This document shows, in pieces, positions 1 to 9,333 of a DNA stretch of 64,000 nt. How positions within the stretch are numbered: position 1 is the stretch's first letter; every line of letters begins with the position of its first letter. The stretch is taken from positions 96,001 to 160,000 of the forward strand of contig JAXGPF010000006.1 in NCBI GenBank assembly GCA_040767085.1. The letters run 5' to 3'. Below the pieces are notes generated by a model that saw only the letters and a list, made by a program, of their open reading frames with translations, was not told the origin of the DNA and ran no database searches. The stretch comes from Kiritimatiellia bacterium. GTDB taxonomy: Bacteria; Verrucomicrobiota; Kiritimatiellia; JAAZAB01. Made by a program: the position numbers and the translations under genes.

Positions 1-669
1 TCCAACCGCGCCTTCGCCCAGACCGCCGGGCTGTACGGCATTGACATGTTCGTCGGCTCCACCCTGCAGATCGACCAGTACGGCAACAGTTCCACGGCCA
101 CCGCGCGGCGTATCGCCGGCTTCGGCGGCGCGCCGAACATCGGCTGCGACGCCCCCGGCCGCCGCCACGCTTCGCCCGCCTGGCAGGCCGCCGGCGCCGA
201 ATGCCGGTTCCAGCGCGATTTGATCGGGTCCATGCCCCGCGGCAAGAAACTCGTGGTGCAGGCCGTGGAGACTTTTGCCGAGGGCATGCGTCCCGCCTTC
301 GTCGAAAAACTCGACGCCTGGGCCCTGGCCGAGAAATACGGTTTCCAGCAGCCGCCGGTGATGATTTACTCCGACAACCTGACGCACATCGTCACCGAAG
401 AAGGCATCGCCAGCCTCCACCAATGCGCCACCCTGGCCGAACGCATGGCCGCCGTCAGCGCGGTGGCCGGCTATACCGAAATCGGGGCGCGCGTTACCGC
501 GCGGCAGCGGCAGGATTTGCGCGACCGGGGCATTGTGCAAACGCCGGCGGACCTGGGCATCGATCCGGCCCGCGCCAATCACGAACTGCTGGCGGCTCGC
601 AACATGCGCGACCTGGTCCAGTGGTCGGGCGGCTTGTATGATCCGCCGGGACGGTTCCGTAACTGGTAA
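1..669 (+). CDS. mdcA: Malonate decarboxylase alpha subunit, C-terminal part (5' end outside window)
   Basis: Frame open from base 1: SNRAFAQTAGLYGIDMFVGSTLQID..GFGGAPNIGCD..HIVTEEG..WSGGLYDPPGRFRNW, typical MdcA C-terminus; followed by mdcC/D/E. Confidence 0.93.
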   Translation, partial: SNRAFAQTAGLYGIDMFVGSTLQIDQYGNSSTATARRIAGFGGAPNIGCDAPGRRHASPAWQAAGAECRFQRDLIGSMPRGKKLVVQAVETFAEGMRPAFVEKLDAWALAEKYGFQQPPVMIYSDNLTHIVTEEGIASLHQCATLAERMAAVSAVAGYTEIGARVTARQRQDLRDRGIVQTPADLGIDPARANHELLAARNMRDLVQWSGGLYDPPGRFRNW

Positions 670-707
670 TCCAGATTCAGGTTAATTTATCCGGCATGGG
701 AGGGAAA

Positions 708-1022
708 ATGGCTGTCGCCGAATTTACGCTTGCATTTACCGCCGCCAGGATCAAACCGCTGGCGGCCGCATGGTCGCACGCCGGCGTGGTTTCGTCCGGC
801 GACCTGGAAGTTTTGATCAAGCCCGATGCCGGCAGCGGCCGGGCCGTGTTCCATGTCCGGACCAAGGCGGCGGGCTTCGAGGCCGTCTGGCGCCAGGTGC
901 TCGAGCGCCTGACGCAGCGCCTGGAACTAGGCGATGTCCAGGTCTATATCAACGATAATGCCGCCACGCCGCCGGTAGTGGCGCGGCGAATTGAACAAGC
1001 CGTGCGGGAGGGCAGTGAATAG
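708..1022 (+). CDS. mdcC: Malonate decarboxylase acyl carrier protein (delta subunit)
   Basis: GVVSSGDLEVL motif (prosthetic-group Ser) and INDNAATPPVV; GGAGGG before ATG 708 (alternative ATG 696). Confidence 0.9.
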   Translation: MAVAEFTLAFTAARIKPLAAAWSHAGVVSSGDLEVLIKPDAGSGRAVFHVRTKAAGFEAVWRQVLERLTQRLELGDVQVYINDNAATPPVVARRIEQAVREGSE

Positions 1023-1048
1023 CGGTCGGAAGTGGTCGGCATCCGGGA

Positions 1049-1170
1049 TTCAGTGTTCGGGATTCCGGCGTAAAACCTTAACACCCTAAAACCTTAAAAC
1101 TTCCAAAACTTCAGTGTTCGGGTTTCCGGCGTAAAACCTTAAAACCCTAAAACCTTAAAACTTCCAAAAC
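1049..1170. repeat. Tandem duplication, 2 x 61 bp
   Basis: 1049-1109 and 1110-1170 differ at 2 positions; internal TAAAACCT-like subrepeats. Confidence 0.95.
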
Positions 1171-1204
1171 GTGAGTTTGGGAGAATGTTCGGCGAGATGC
1201 ATGC

Positions 1205-2188
1205 ATGAATAAATCCAATTGGGAATCTTTACAGACACAGAGTTTCGCCCGCGCTTCCGCCCGCGCCCGCGCCCGGGGGATGCTGGACCCGGGCGCCTTC
1301 CGCGAAACCCTCGGCCCGCCGGCCATGCTCACCAGCCCGCATTTGCCGGTGCTGGGCGAGGTGGCGGAATTCGACGATGGGATGGTCGCCGGCGTCGGCC
1401 GGCTGGACGGCCGGCCGGTCTTCCTGGTTTCCATGGAAGGCGGTTTTTTCGGCGGCGGCATCGGCGAGGTCAACGGCGCCAAGATGTTTGCCGCCATCCG
1501 CCTGGCCGTGGAAACCTGCGCGGCGCTGGAACAACAGCATGGCGGATCCCTGCCGGATGGGCGCCGGCCGGCTGTGGTCATTTCCTTCGACACGGGCGGG
1601 GTGCGCCTGCACGAGGCCAATGCCGGCCTGCTGGCGCACGCGGAAATCATTGACGCCATCCAGGATGCCCGCGCTCAGGACGTGCCCTTGATTGCGCTGT
1701 GCGGCGGCCGCATCGGCGCCTTCGGCGGCATGGGATTTGTCATCATGGCCGCCGACGTCATCATCATGAACGAGCAGGGCCGTATCGGCCTGACGGGGCC
1801 GGAAGTGATCGAGCAGGAGATGGGGCCGGCGGAGTTCGACGCCTCCGACCGCGCCCTGGTCTGGCGCACCACGGGCGCCAAACACCGCTACATCATGGGT
1901 GATTGCGACTATCTCGTGGAAGACTCCATCGGCGCCTTTCGGCGCCAGGCGCAGGCCGTGCTGCGGCTGGACCGACCAACCATCGCCGGCATGCGCAAGA
2001 CCGGCGCCCCGGCGCTGGTCCGGCGCGAAAAGCAGCGCGTGGCGCTGGCCGCGCAAAATGGCATCAAGGATTCCGCGGACCTGTGGCGCCTGGCGGGCAA
2101 TCCCAACCCGGCGGCGCTGACGGAAATGCCGCTCGCAGAATTTTTGAAAAACGTGTCCCGGCTGCCGCCGCCGCCGATCCCGAATTGA
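1205..2188 (+). CDS. mdcD: Biotin-independent malonate decarboxylase beta subunit
   Basis: SF..ARARARGMLDPGAFRE, DDGMVAG, GGGIGEVNGAK, DTGGVRLHEAN, GPEVIEQEMG..EFD..DRALVW. Confidence 0.92.
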   Translation: MNKSNWESLQTQSFARASARARARGMLDPGAFRETLGPPAMLTSPHLPVLGEVAEFDDGMVAGVGRLDGRPVFLVSMEGGFFGGGIGEVNGAKMFAAIRLAVETCAALEQQHGGSLPDGRRPAVVISFDTGGVRLHEANAGLLAHAEIIDAIQDARAQDVPLIALCGGRIGAFGGMGFVIMAADVIIMNEQGRIGLTGPEVIEQEMGPAEFDASDRALVWRTTGAKHRYIMGDCDYLVEDSIGAFRRQAQAVLRLDRPTIAGMRKTGAPALVRREKQRVALAAQNGIKDSADLWRLAGNPNPAALTEMPLAEFLKNVSRLPPPPIPN

Positions 2189-2214
2189 TTGAAAGCATTT
2201 TTTACACCAATATC

Positions 2215-3141
2215 ATGCAAAATTCAGACATGAACTTTATCGGCAAGGGGCGCGCGGCCATCGAACTGCTGGTGGACGCAGGCAGCTTCCAAGAAAACAT
2301 TGTCGGGGCCGCATCGTTCGACCCGGCATACGCCCAGCCGGCGGTGGTCGGCACGGCGCAGTTGGACGGCCGGCCGGCGACCGTGATCGCCAACGACGCC
2401 CGTAAAAGCAACCCGCGTTTCAAGGTGGTGTACAGCGGCGTGATCGGCCTCGAGGAAGCCTACAAGATGGCCGAGGCGGTGTATGCCTCCATCGAGGCCG
2501 ACCGCGCCCGGCCGCCGGCGGAGAAACGTCCCATCCTGCTGGTGGTGGACACGCCGGGCAACGCGCCCGGCAAGCTGGAGGAAATCATCGGGATGAACAA
2601 GGCCACCGTTGCCTACCAACTGGCCCTGTCCGAAGCGCGCAAGGCCGGGCATCCGTCGGCGGCGCTGGTGGTGGGCCGCGGCATCAGCGGCGCGTTTCTC
2701 TGCCACGGCCTGCACGCCGGCTCGGTCTTCAGCCTGTCCGAGCGCTACGGGACGATGGTGCATGTCATGCCGCTCACCAGCATTGCCCGGATCACCAAAA
2801 TCCCGCTGGAAGAATTGCAGCGGCATGTGGTTGACAATCCGGTCTTCGCTTCCGGCCCGGCCTTTGTGCACAAGCTGGGCGGCATCAATGAGATCGTGGA
2901 CGACATGGCGCAAGCGCGGCCGATGATCATCCAGGCCATCGCCGCCCAGCGCGCGGCATTTCCCCGCGGGGAAGAGCACGGCTTCGGCCCCGTCGGCCGG
3001 ATGCGGCTGGGCATTGAACGCGGCGGCCGGCCGGCCATCGGCGCGGTGCTGCGTCGGATGCGCCTGGAGGCGCAAGACGCCCTGCAGGCGCTGGGCCTGG
3101 CCGTATCAATCCCGGCCGCCGGACCCGGCCCCGGCGCATGA
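2215..3141 (+). CDS. mdcE: Malonate decarboxylase gamma subunit-like (carboxyltransferase fold)
   Basis: GVIGLEEA, KRPILLVVDTPG, EEIIGM, VGRGISGAFLCHG, VHVMP..ARITK; position after mdcD; start 2215 or 2230. Confidence 0.82.
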   Translation: MQNSDMNFIGKGRAAIELLVDAGSFQENIVGAASFDPAYAQPAVVGTAQLDGRPATVIANDARKSNPRFKVVYSGVIGLEEAYKMAEAVYASIEADRARPPAEKRPILLVVDTPGNAPGKLEEIIGMNKATVAYQLALSEARKAGHPSAALVVGRGISGAFLCHGLHAGSVFSLSERYGTMVHVMPLTSIARITKIPLEELQRHVVDNPVFASGPAFVHKLGGINEIVDDMAQARPMIIQAIAAQRAAFPRGEEHGFGPVGRMRLGIERGGRPAIGAVLRRMRLEAQDALQALGLAVSIPAAGPGPGA

Positions 3142-3172
3142 TGCGATGGCGGGCGGCCTGGCCAATCGGGGA

Positions 3173-4249
3173 TTAACCCCGCGGATTTGCGTCGGCGGGG
3201 CCCGGCCAGGTTTGCAGGAATTTGACCAGCACCTTCAGCACATTGTCGAACACCGACAGCCGCGCCACCTCGAAGCCGTGGCTGTTTTCGCGGACATGTC
3301 CGATGAAGGCTACGCCGGGCGCCCCGCCGGCATCGTACACCGCGCTGGCGTCGGAACTCGGCTTGGTATAAACGACGCGCTGCAAGTCCACGCCGGCGGC
3401 GGCCGCCGCCGCGCTCAACGCCCGGATCAAGCGCTGGTCGTAGCAGATTTTAAAATCCTTGATCCAGAGGCCGGGCCGTCCGTCCAGTTTCAACGGCGTA
3501 TCCTGCATGACGGGGCAGCCGTCCACCGCGATGAACGCCGCCGGCTGCTCGCGGTGCGCCAGGACCTTGGCGCCGTGGCAACCGCCTTCTTCATGGACGG
3601 TGAAGGCCACCAGCAGCGGCCAGGCCGGCGAAATTTTCTCCGCGCGGATCGCCGCCAGCAGGCGCAGCAGCGCCACCATGCCCATGCGGTCGTCAAAAGT
3701 CCAGGCGCCGACCAGGGGGTCGGACGGATCCCCCAGCAAGACCGGGCCGCGGCCCGCGCGCGCCGGCACGAGCGAAGCGCCTTCCTGCACGCCGGCCGCG
3801 CGCAATTGCGCCTCGGACAACCCGGTCAACACCCAGTAGTCGCTCCAGTCCAGCGCCTTGTTCAGTTCGCGGATATGGCCCGACCCGCACGACAGCACGC
3901 CGGGCAGAATCGCGCCGTCGCCGATAATGTCCATCAGGCGTTCGCCGGTCTTATGCGGCATCAATCCGCCCGACGGCACAACGCGCAGACGGCCATCCGG
4001 CTCGATCCGGTTAACCATCAGGGCGATTTCATCCATGTGCGCCGCCAGGACCACCGGGGCGCCGCCTTTGCCTTCGGTCAACCGCACGAGCACGTTGCCC
4101 GCCGGATCGGTCTCCGGCGTGAAACCCAGCGCGGCGATTTTGCGCCGGACCAACTCCGCCATGGCGGCCTCCCGGCCGGGCGGCGCGGGCACCGCCAGCA
4201 ATTCTTCAAACAACGCTAGCGCCGGATGCTGCTGGCTTGATTTTGGCAT
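3173..4249 (-). CDS. M42/M20/M28-family metallopeptidase (TET-like aminopeptidase)
   Basis: PGRE, DPAGN, LAAHMDEI, FDDRMG, FTVHEEGG, SDA, HGFE; AAAGGA before ATG 4249. Confidence 0.88.
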   Translation of the reverse strand: MPKSSQQHPALALFEELLAVPAPPGREAAMAELVRRKIAALGFTPETDPAGNVLVRLTEGKGGAPVVLAAHMDEIALMVNRIEPDGRLRVVPSGGLMPHKTGERLMDIIGDGAILPGVLSCGSGHIRELNKALDWSDYWVLTGLSEAQLRAAGVQEGASLVPARAGRGPVLLGDPSDPLVGAWTFDDRMGMVALLRLLAAIRAEKISPAWPLLVAFTVHEEGGCHGAKVLAHREQPAAFIAVDGCPVMQDTPLKLDGRPGLWIKDFKICYDQRLIRALSAAAAAAGVDLQRVVYTKPSSDASAVYDAGGAPGVAFIGHVRENSHGFEVARLSVFDNVLKVLVKFLQTWPGPADANPRG

Positions 4250-4361
4250 ATTATCCTTTCGCGATAATTGCATAAAATTATTCCGCATCAAACAAAGCGT
4301 CGATTATTGACGGATGGGCTCGTTTGTCAAATATAATCACGGAAACCATCGCGTAAAAATC

Positions 4362-4390
4362 TTGACTTGGCTTACCGGTGAAGGTAAATT
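4362..4390 (+). promoter_or_regulatory. Putative sigma70 promoter for HAD-thiC-mazG
   Basis: TTGACT-17bp-TAAATT upstream of GGAG SD and ATG 4445. Confidence 0.45.
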
Positions 4391-4444
4391 AAACGCTTTG
4401 AATCGAAATAATCAGCGGTCATCTCGTCAAGCCGGAGTCCCAGC

Positions 4445-5158
4445 ATGTCAACTACCCAATCCAAAACCGCCAAGGACGCCAAAAGCGCCAAGCCCTGCCT
4501 GGCATTAGAACTGGAAACCATCGCCTTCAATGGCAGCCAGGTAATATATGAAGCACTGGCATCCATTTTTAAAAACCGCGGCTTTCAGTTGACCCCGGAA
4601 ATCTTCACCCGGTTCAACTTGGCGCGCCCGACCGCACGCGCGCTCAACCGCATGCTGACCGCGCTGGCCGTCAATTCCAGCGGCATCGAAGCCATGTCCG
4701 CGGAAATAGCGCAGCTATGGCCGAAAAAACTGGCTCAAACCAAGCCCATCCCGGCGGTGGTGAAACTGCTGGGCGATGCCGCCCGCCAAGGCATTCCGCT
4801 GGGAGCTATTACCGCCTGCCCGGCCGCCCCGGCGCAGGATCTGATTAAAGCGCTGGCGTTAAACGCAGAAGTCGCGCTGGTCAATCTGCCGGCCGCCAAT
4901 GGCAACGGCCGGCCGCGCCCGGAAGCCTGGACCAAGCTGGCGCACCAGATGCAAGCCTCCCCCGCGCAATGCGTGGCGTTAGCCAACTCCGCCGTCACGG
5001 CGCAAGCGGCGATTATGGCCGGCATGCATGCCGTGGCCATCCCGGATGCCTTCAGCGTCTTCCAGGATTTCGGCGGAACCGACTTGCTTTTCGAGAAGCC
5101 CGCGTCGCTCCCTCTGGTGGAAATCATGGCGCTGGCTGCTCCCGTCACAAGAGCCTGA
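4445..5158 (+). CDS. HAD-superfamily-like protein with degenerate catalytic motifs
   Basis: Layout like beta-PGM/CbbY-type HADs (RPRPEAW, P.QCVALANS..AQAA..AGM..VAIP), but motif I reads ELE instead of DxD. Confidence 0.65.
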   Translation: MSTTQSKTAKDAKSAKPCLALELETIAFNGSQVIYEALASIFKNRGFQLTPEIFTRFNLARPTARALNRMLTALAVNSSGIEAMSAEIAQLWPKKLAQTKPIPAVVKLLGDAARQGIPLGAITACPAAPAQDLIKALALNAEVALVNLPAANGNGRPRPEAWTKLAHQMQASPAQCVALANSAVTAQAAIMAGMHAVAIPDAFSVFQDFGGTDLLFEKPASLPLVEIMALAAPVTRA

Positions 5159-5165
5159 ACGAGTT

Positions 5166-6497
5166 ATGGCTGTTTCAACGCAACTGCTGCTGGCCCGCGC
5201 CGGCCGCCTCTCGCCGGCCATGCGCCGGGCGGCGGAGGCCGAAGGCATGGCCCCGGAACGCATCCGCGCCGCGCTGGCAACCGGCGCGGCGGTGATCCCC
5301 TGTAATCCCGCCCACACCGGGCTGCGCCCGGTGGCCGTCGGCCGCCAATTCCGCACCAAAGTCAACGCCAATATCGGCCGTTCCGGCGAAAAATCCAGTC
5401 TCAACGAGGAATTGCACAAAATTGAGATTGCGCTCAGCGCCGGCGCCGATTGCGTGATGGATCTCAGCGTCGGCCCGCGGCTCGGCAGCCTGCGCCGCCG
5501 CCTCCTGGCCGTCTGCGCCGCGCCATTCGGCACGGTGCCGGTTTACGAAGCCGTCTCGCGCACCGGCGGGCAGGTTGAGCATTTCGATCCGGATGTTTTA
5601 ATGGAAGTCATCGCCGAGCAGGCGGAGCAGGGAGTGGATTTCATGACCTTGCACGCCGGGTTGCTCCGAAAATACATCCCGCTGGCCCAGGAGCGGCGGG
5701 CAGGCATTGTCAGCCGCGGCGGCGCCATCCTGGCGCGCTGGATGTCCGACCGCCGGCGCGAGAACCCGCTGTACGAGCGCTGGGACGAAGTCCTGCAAAT
5801 CTGCCGCAAGCATGACGTGACGGTCTCGCTGGGCGACGGCCTGCGCCCGGGTTGCATCGCCGATGCCGGCGATCGCGCGCAATTTGCCGAACTGCGCACC
5901 CTGGGCAAACTGGTGGAGCGCTGCCGCGGCGCCGGCGTGCAGGTCATGGTGGAAGGCCCCGGCCATGTGCCCTTCGACCAGATTCGCAGCCAGGTGGGCC
6001 GGGCGCTCCGCGTCTGCCGCGACGCGCCCTTTTATGTGCTGGGCCCGGTGGTCACCGACATCGCGCCGGGGTACGACCATATCACCGCGGCGATCGGCGC
6101 CGCGGCCGCCGCCGCCGCCGGCGCCGCCCTGCTCTGCTACGTTACCCCCGCGGAACACCTGGGCTTGCCCGATGCCGGGGAAGTGCGCGCGGGCATCATC
6201 GCTTTCCGCATTGCCGCGCATGCCGCCGACCTGGCCAAGGGGTTGCCCGGCGCGCGCGCGCGGGATGACGCCATGACCGACGCCCGCACGTCTTTCGATT
6301 GGCAACGCCAGTTCCAACTGGCCCTGGATCCGCCGGGCGCCCGGCAGATTTTCCGCCGCAAGCAACCCGGCCGCGCCGGCGCCACCGCCGATCACTGCAC
6401 GATGTGCGGCGCTAATTTCTGCGCCATGCGCATCGCCGCCGGCATCCGCGGCTCCGGGACAGCCCGGTGCAACTCCTCCGGTCAACGCCATGCCTGA
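5166..6497 (+). CDS. thiC: Phosphomethylpyrimidine synthase
   Basis: TKVNANIG, MDLS, GVDFMTLHAG, GIVSRGG, SLGDGLRPG, EGPGHVP, TDIAPGYDH, CTMCGANFC. Confidence 0.97.
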   Translation: MAVSTQLLLARAGRLSPAMRRAAEAEGMAPERIRAALATGAAVIPCNPAHTGLRPVAVGRQFRTKVNANIGRSGEKSSLNEELHKIEIALSAGADCVMDLSVGPRLGSLRRRLLAVCAAPFGTVPVYEAVSRTGGQVEHFDPDVLMEVIAEQAEQGVDFMTLHAGLLRKYIPLAQERRAGIVSRGGAILARWMSDRRRENPLYERWDEVLQICRKHDVTVSLGDGLRPGCIADAGDRAQFAELRTLGKLVERCRGAGVQVMVEGPGHVPFDQIRSQVGRALRVCRDAPFYVLGPVVTDIAPGYDHITAAIGAAAAAAAGAALLCYVTPAEHLGLPDAGEVRAGIIAFRIAAHAADLAKGLPGARARDDAMTDARTSFDWQRQFQLALDPPGARQIFRRKQPGRAGATADHCTMCGANFCAMRIAAGIRGSGTARCNSSGQRHA

Positions 6498-7353
6498 TCC
6501 TGAAAACATGCGCGGCGGCATGGCGGCGTCCGTCCCATCCATGGAGCAGTTGCTGGCGATCATGGAGCGGCTGCGCGCGCCCGGCGGCTGCCCCTGGGAC
6601 CGCGAGCAGAACCTGCAATCGCTCAAGCAATATCTCGTGGAGGAGTGCTACGAGGTGATTGACGCGATTGACGGGGGGCAGCCGGACAAACACGCCGAAG
6701 AGCTGGGCGACCTGCTGCTCCAGATCGTGTTCCAGGCCCAGTTGCAGAAAGAAGCGGGGCGGTTCGATTTTCACGACGTCGTGCGCCATATCTGCGCCAA
6801 GCTGATCCGCCGGCATCCCCACGTTTTCAGCGATGTGCGGGCCGATGACACCCGGACGGTGCTGCAAAACTGGGAAACCATCAAGGCGGCCGAAAAAGCC
6901 GGGCAGGCCGGCGCGGATGCCGCCGCCTTACCTTCCATCATCGGCGAAATCCCGCGCCACCTGCCGGCCCTGCACAAGGCGCACCACCTGCAGAAAAAAG
7001 TATCCCGCATCGGCTTTGACTGGGACCAGGCGCGCGATGTCATCGCCAAAATCGAGGAAGAACTGCAGGAAGTCAAACAGGCGCTGGCCGGCGGCGATGC
7101 CGCCGGCGTGCGCGAGGAAATCGGCGACCTGCTGTTCGCGGTCGTTAACCTGAGCCGGTTCCAGGGAATCAATGCCGAGGAGGCCCTGAACCGCGCCGTC
7201 AGCAAGTTCACCCGCCGCTTCCAGCAGGTGGAGGCCCGGGTGCAGGCCGCCGGGCGGCAGTTGACCGCCTGCACGCTGCCGGAACTCGAAGAGCACTGGC
7301 AGGCGGTCAAGCGCGCCGAACCAAACGGCGGCGAAACGGCCCCGGCGGATTAA
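6490..7353 (+). CDS. mazG: Nucleoside triphosphate pyrophosphohydrolase
   Basis: LRAPGGCPWDREQ, EELGDLLLQIVF, KLIRRHPHVF, GFDW, EEIGDLLF; start could be 6541. Confidence 0.95.
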   Translation: MPDPENMRGGMAASVPSMEQLLAIMERLRAPGGCPWDREQNLQSLKQYLVEECYEVIDAIDGGQPDKHAEELGDLLLQIVFQAQLQKEAGRFDFHDVVRHICAKLIRRHPHVFSDVRADDTRTVLQNWETIKAAEKAGQAGADAAALPSIIGEIPRHLPALHKAHHLQKKVSRIGFDWDQARDVIAKIEEELQEVKQALAGGDAAGVREEIGDLLFAVVNLSRFQGINAEEALNRAVSKFTRRFQQVEARVQAAGRQLTACTLPELEEHWQAVKRAEPNGGETAPAD

Positions 7354-7364
7354 AGCGGCGGCGA

Positions 7365-8102
7365 TTATTCGCCGCGCACCATCGGCACGAACCGCACCGG
7401 CAAATCTTCCTTGACCACCGCCGCGCCGGCCTCTTTGCGCAGGATCACCAGGCGCTGCGCATACCGGCCGATGGGCAGAATCATCCGCCCGCCTTCCCGC
7501 AGTTGTTTCACCAGGCTTGACGGTATTTCTTCCGGCGCGCAGGTGGCGATTATCGCATCAAACGGCGCGTGCTCCGGCCAGCCCTGGTAGCCGTCACCCG
7601 TCCGGATTTGCACTGCTTGAAAACCTTCCGCATCCAGCACGGCGCGCGCATGCCGGGCCAGTTCCGGAATGATCTCGATGGTGTAAACCCGGGCGCCGCC
7701 GTGCGCCAGGATGGCAGCCTGGTAGCCGGACCCCGTGCCGATTTCCAGAACTTTTTCGCCCGGCTGCAACGCCAGTCTCTCGGTCATATAGGCGACGATA
7801 TAAGGCTGGGAAATAGTCTGGCCGTAGCCGATGTCGCAGGGATGGTCGCCATAGGGATCGGCGCGGCGGCGGTAAGCCTCCGGGAGGAAGGCGTGCCGCG
7901 GCACATCGCGCATGGCCGCCAGCACCGCCGGGTTGGTGATGCCGTAATCCGCGAGTTGCCGCAGCATCGCGGCGCGGCCACGCGAGTTTGCGGCGTCCGG
8001 CGGCAAGGCATCCGGCGCGGGCTCCCGCGCACAACACGCGCCTGCAAAAAGCAGCAGGCCAGCTCCGAGGGCCTGCAGTCCGATTAGTTCAAGCATTCCC
8101 AT
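7365..8102 (-). CDS. pcm: Protein-L-isoaspartate O-methyltransferase with hydrophobic N-terminal extension
   Basis: VPRHAF, IGYGQTISQPYIVA, VLEIGTGSGYQAA, GDGYQGWPEHAPFD, VRFVPM. Confidence 0.95.
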   Translation of the reverse strand: MGMLELIGLQALGAGLLLFAGACCAREPAPDALPPDAANSRGRAAMLRQLADYGITNPAVLAAMRDVPRHAFLPEAYRRRADPYGDHPCDIGYGQTISQPYIVAYMTERLALQPGEKVLEIGTGSGYQAAILAHGGARVYTIEIIPELARHARAVLDAEGFQAVQIRTGDGYQGWPEHAPFDAIIATCAPEEIPSSLVKQLREGGRMILPIGRYAQRLVILRKEAGAAVVKEDLPVRFVPMVRGE

Positions 8103-8273
8103 GCCGCCATGATAAACCCGGCGGGGGAAATGTCAACCGCCATGTTTTGAATCCTTTCAGCCTGAAATCGCCGGCAGATGCCGGAAAACTGGGATCAATG
8201 CTACCGGAGCAGTCCGGCTTGGCCGGACTTTTCTTCCGGATTGCGCCGCGCCGTGGCGCCACTAGAGCCGGAG

Positions 8274-8369
8274 CGGCTCGCCCGGAGGTCTCGCCCTACC
8301 CATGGCGAATGCTTATGCAATGGTAGGGCGAGGTCTCCGACCGAGCCGTCTTTTCTGAGAATGACGCAG
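8274..8369. repeat. REP doublet (REPIN-like), copy 1
   Basis: Inverted GGTAGGGCG palindromes 8274-8300 and 8322-8348 with 21-bp spacer; reverse complement closely matches 52903-52999. Confidence 0.9.
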
Positions 8370-8427
8370 TCTTACGCAGGGCAAGCCGTGGCCGTGCCCG
8401 GCGTAGCTGTAGCGAAGCCGGGCGCCA

Positions 8428-9261
8428 CTACACGACAAACTCCCATGCCAGCAATGCCAGCCCGGCCAACAGCAGGTAATACCGGAACAGGCGGAAGGAA
8501 TACGACCGGAAAAACCAGAGACAGAACCGGATAGCCAGCAGGCTGACGCCGAAACTGACGCCGAACCCCGCCCACATCAAACCGGGGGGAATTGCCGGCG
8601 GAGGCGCTTGCCACACCGACGGCAATTGCCAGACCAGCGCGCCGGCAATCGCCGGCACTGCCATGTAAAAAGAGAACCGCACCGCCCCGGCCCGCCGGTG
8701 TCCGCGCAAGACTCCGGCGCCGGTGGTCCATCCCGAGCGGGAAGCGCCCGGCAGCAGCGCCACCGCCTGGGCCAGGCCCGTCCAGAACGCATCGCGCCAA
8801 TTGAAACTTTCCAGCGCGCGCGCGCCGCCGGCGCGCCGCGCCTCCCAACGGTCGCACAACCAGAACCACAGCCCGGTGGCGACCATGCTCAAGCCGGCGT
8901 TCAGGCCGCTGCGCGCCCCGCCGGCGTCTTCCAGGAAGCGGAACAACCAGGCGGCAGCCAGCACCGCCGGCACGGTTGCAACGATCAGCAGCCAGGGAAG
9001 GCGCCGGTAAAAAACCGTTGCTCGCCCCGGCCGCAGCAGTCCCTGCGCCGCCAGCAGCCACTCGCGCCAGAAATAGACCAGGATCGCCGCCAGGCTGCCG
9101 GCATGCAGGATGGTGTCGAAAAACAGGCCGCCATCGTCCGTCCAGCCGCACAGCCGGCGCAGAATCACCAGATGACCGGAACTGCTGATGGGGATGAATT
9201 CCGTCGCGCCCTGCACACAGGCCAGGATCAAGGCCTGGCAGGGAGTTAAAACGTTTTCCAT
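8428..9261 (-). CDS. uppP: Undecaprenyl-diphosphate phosphatase
   Basis: VQGATEFIPISSSGHL, HAGSL, Q.VALLPGASRSG.T, RFSF. Confidence 0.95.
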   Translation of the reverse strand: MENVLTPCQALILACVQGATEFIPISSSGHLVILRRLCGWTDDGGLFFDTILHAGSLAAILVYFWREWLLAAQGLLRPGRATVFYRRLPWLLIVATVPAVLAAAWLFRFLEDAGGARSGLNAGLSMVATGLWFWLCDRWEARRAGGARALESFNWRDAFWTGLAQAVALLPGASRSGWTTGAGVLRGHRRAGAVRFSFYMAVPAIAGALVWQLPSVWQAPPPAIPPGLMWAGFGVSFGVSLLAIRFCLWFFRSYSFRLFRYYLLLAGLALLAWEFVV

Positions 9262-9333
9262 GGAGCAAATTTAAAAACTGCCGGTTTGAAAGAATTCAGA
9301 AGTCAGGAGACGACTTGTGAAATTGGATCAATA

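Noticed and set aside
1049-1170. Possible CRISPR array
   Set aside because: Two abutting units with no unique spacer, and no cas genes in the window.
4300-5165. TPP riboswitch for thiC
   Set aside because: No CTGAGA / CCTGA..GGTAAT..GCG.AGG core in the leader, and thiC is only 7 bp from the upstream gene.
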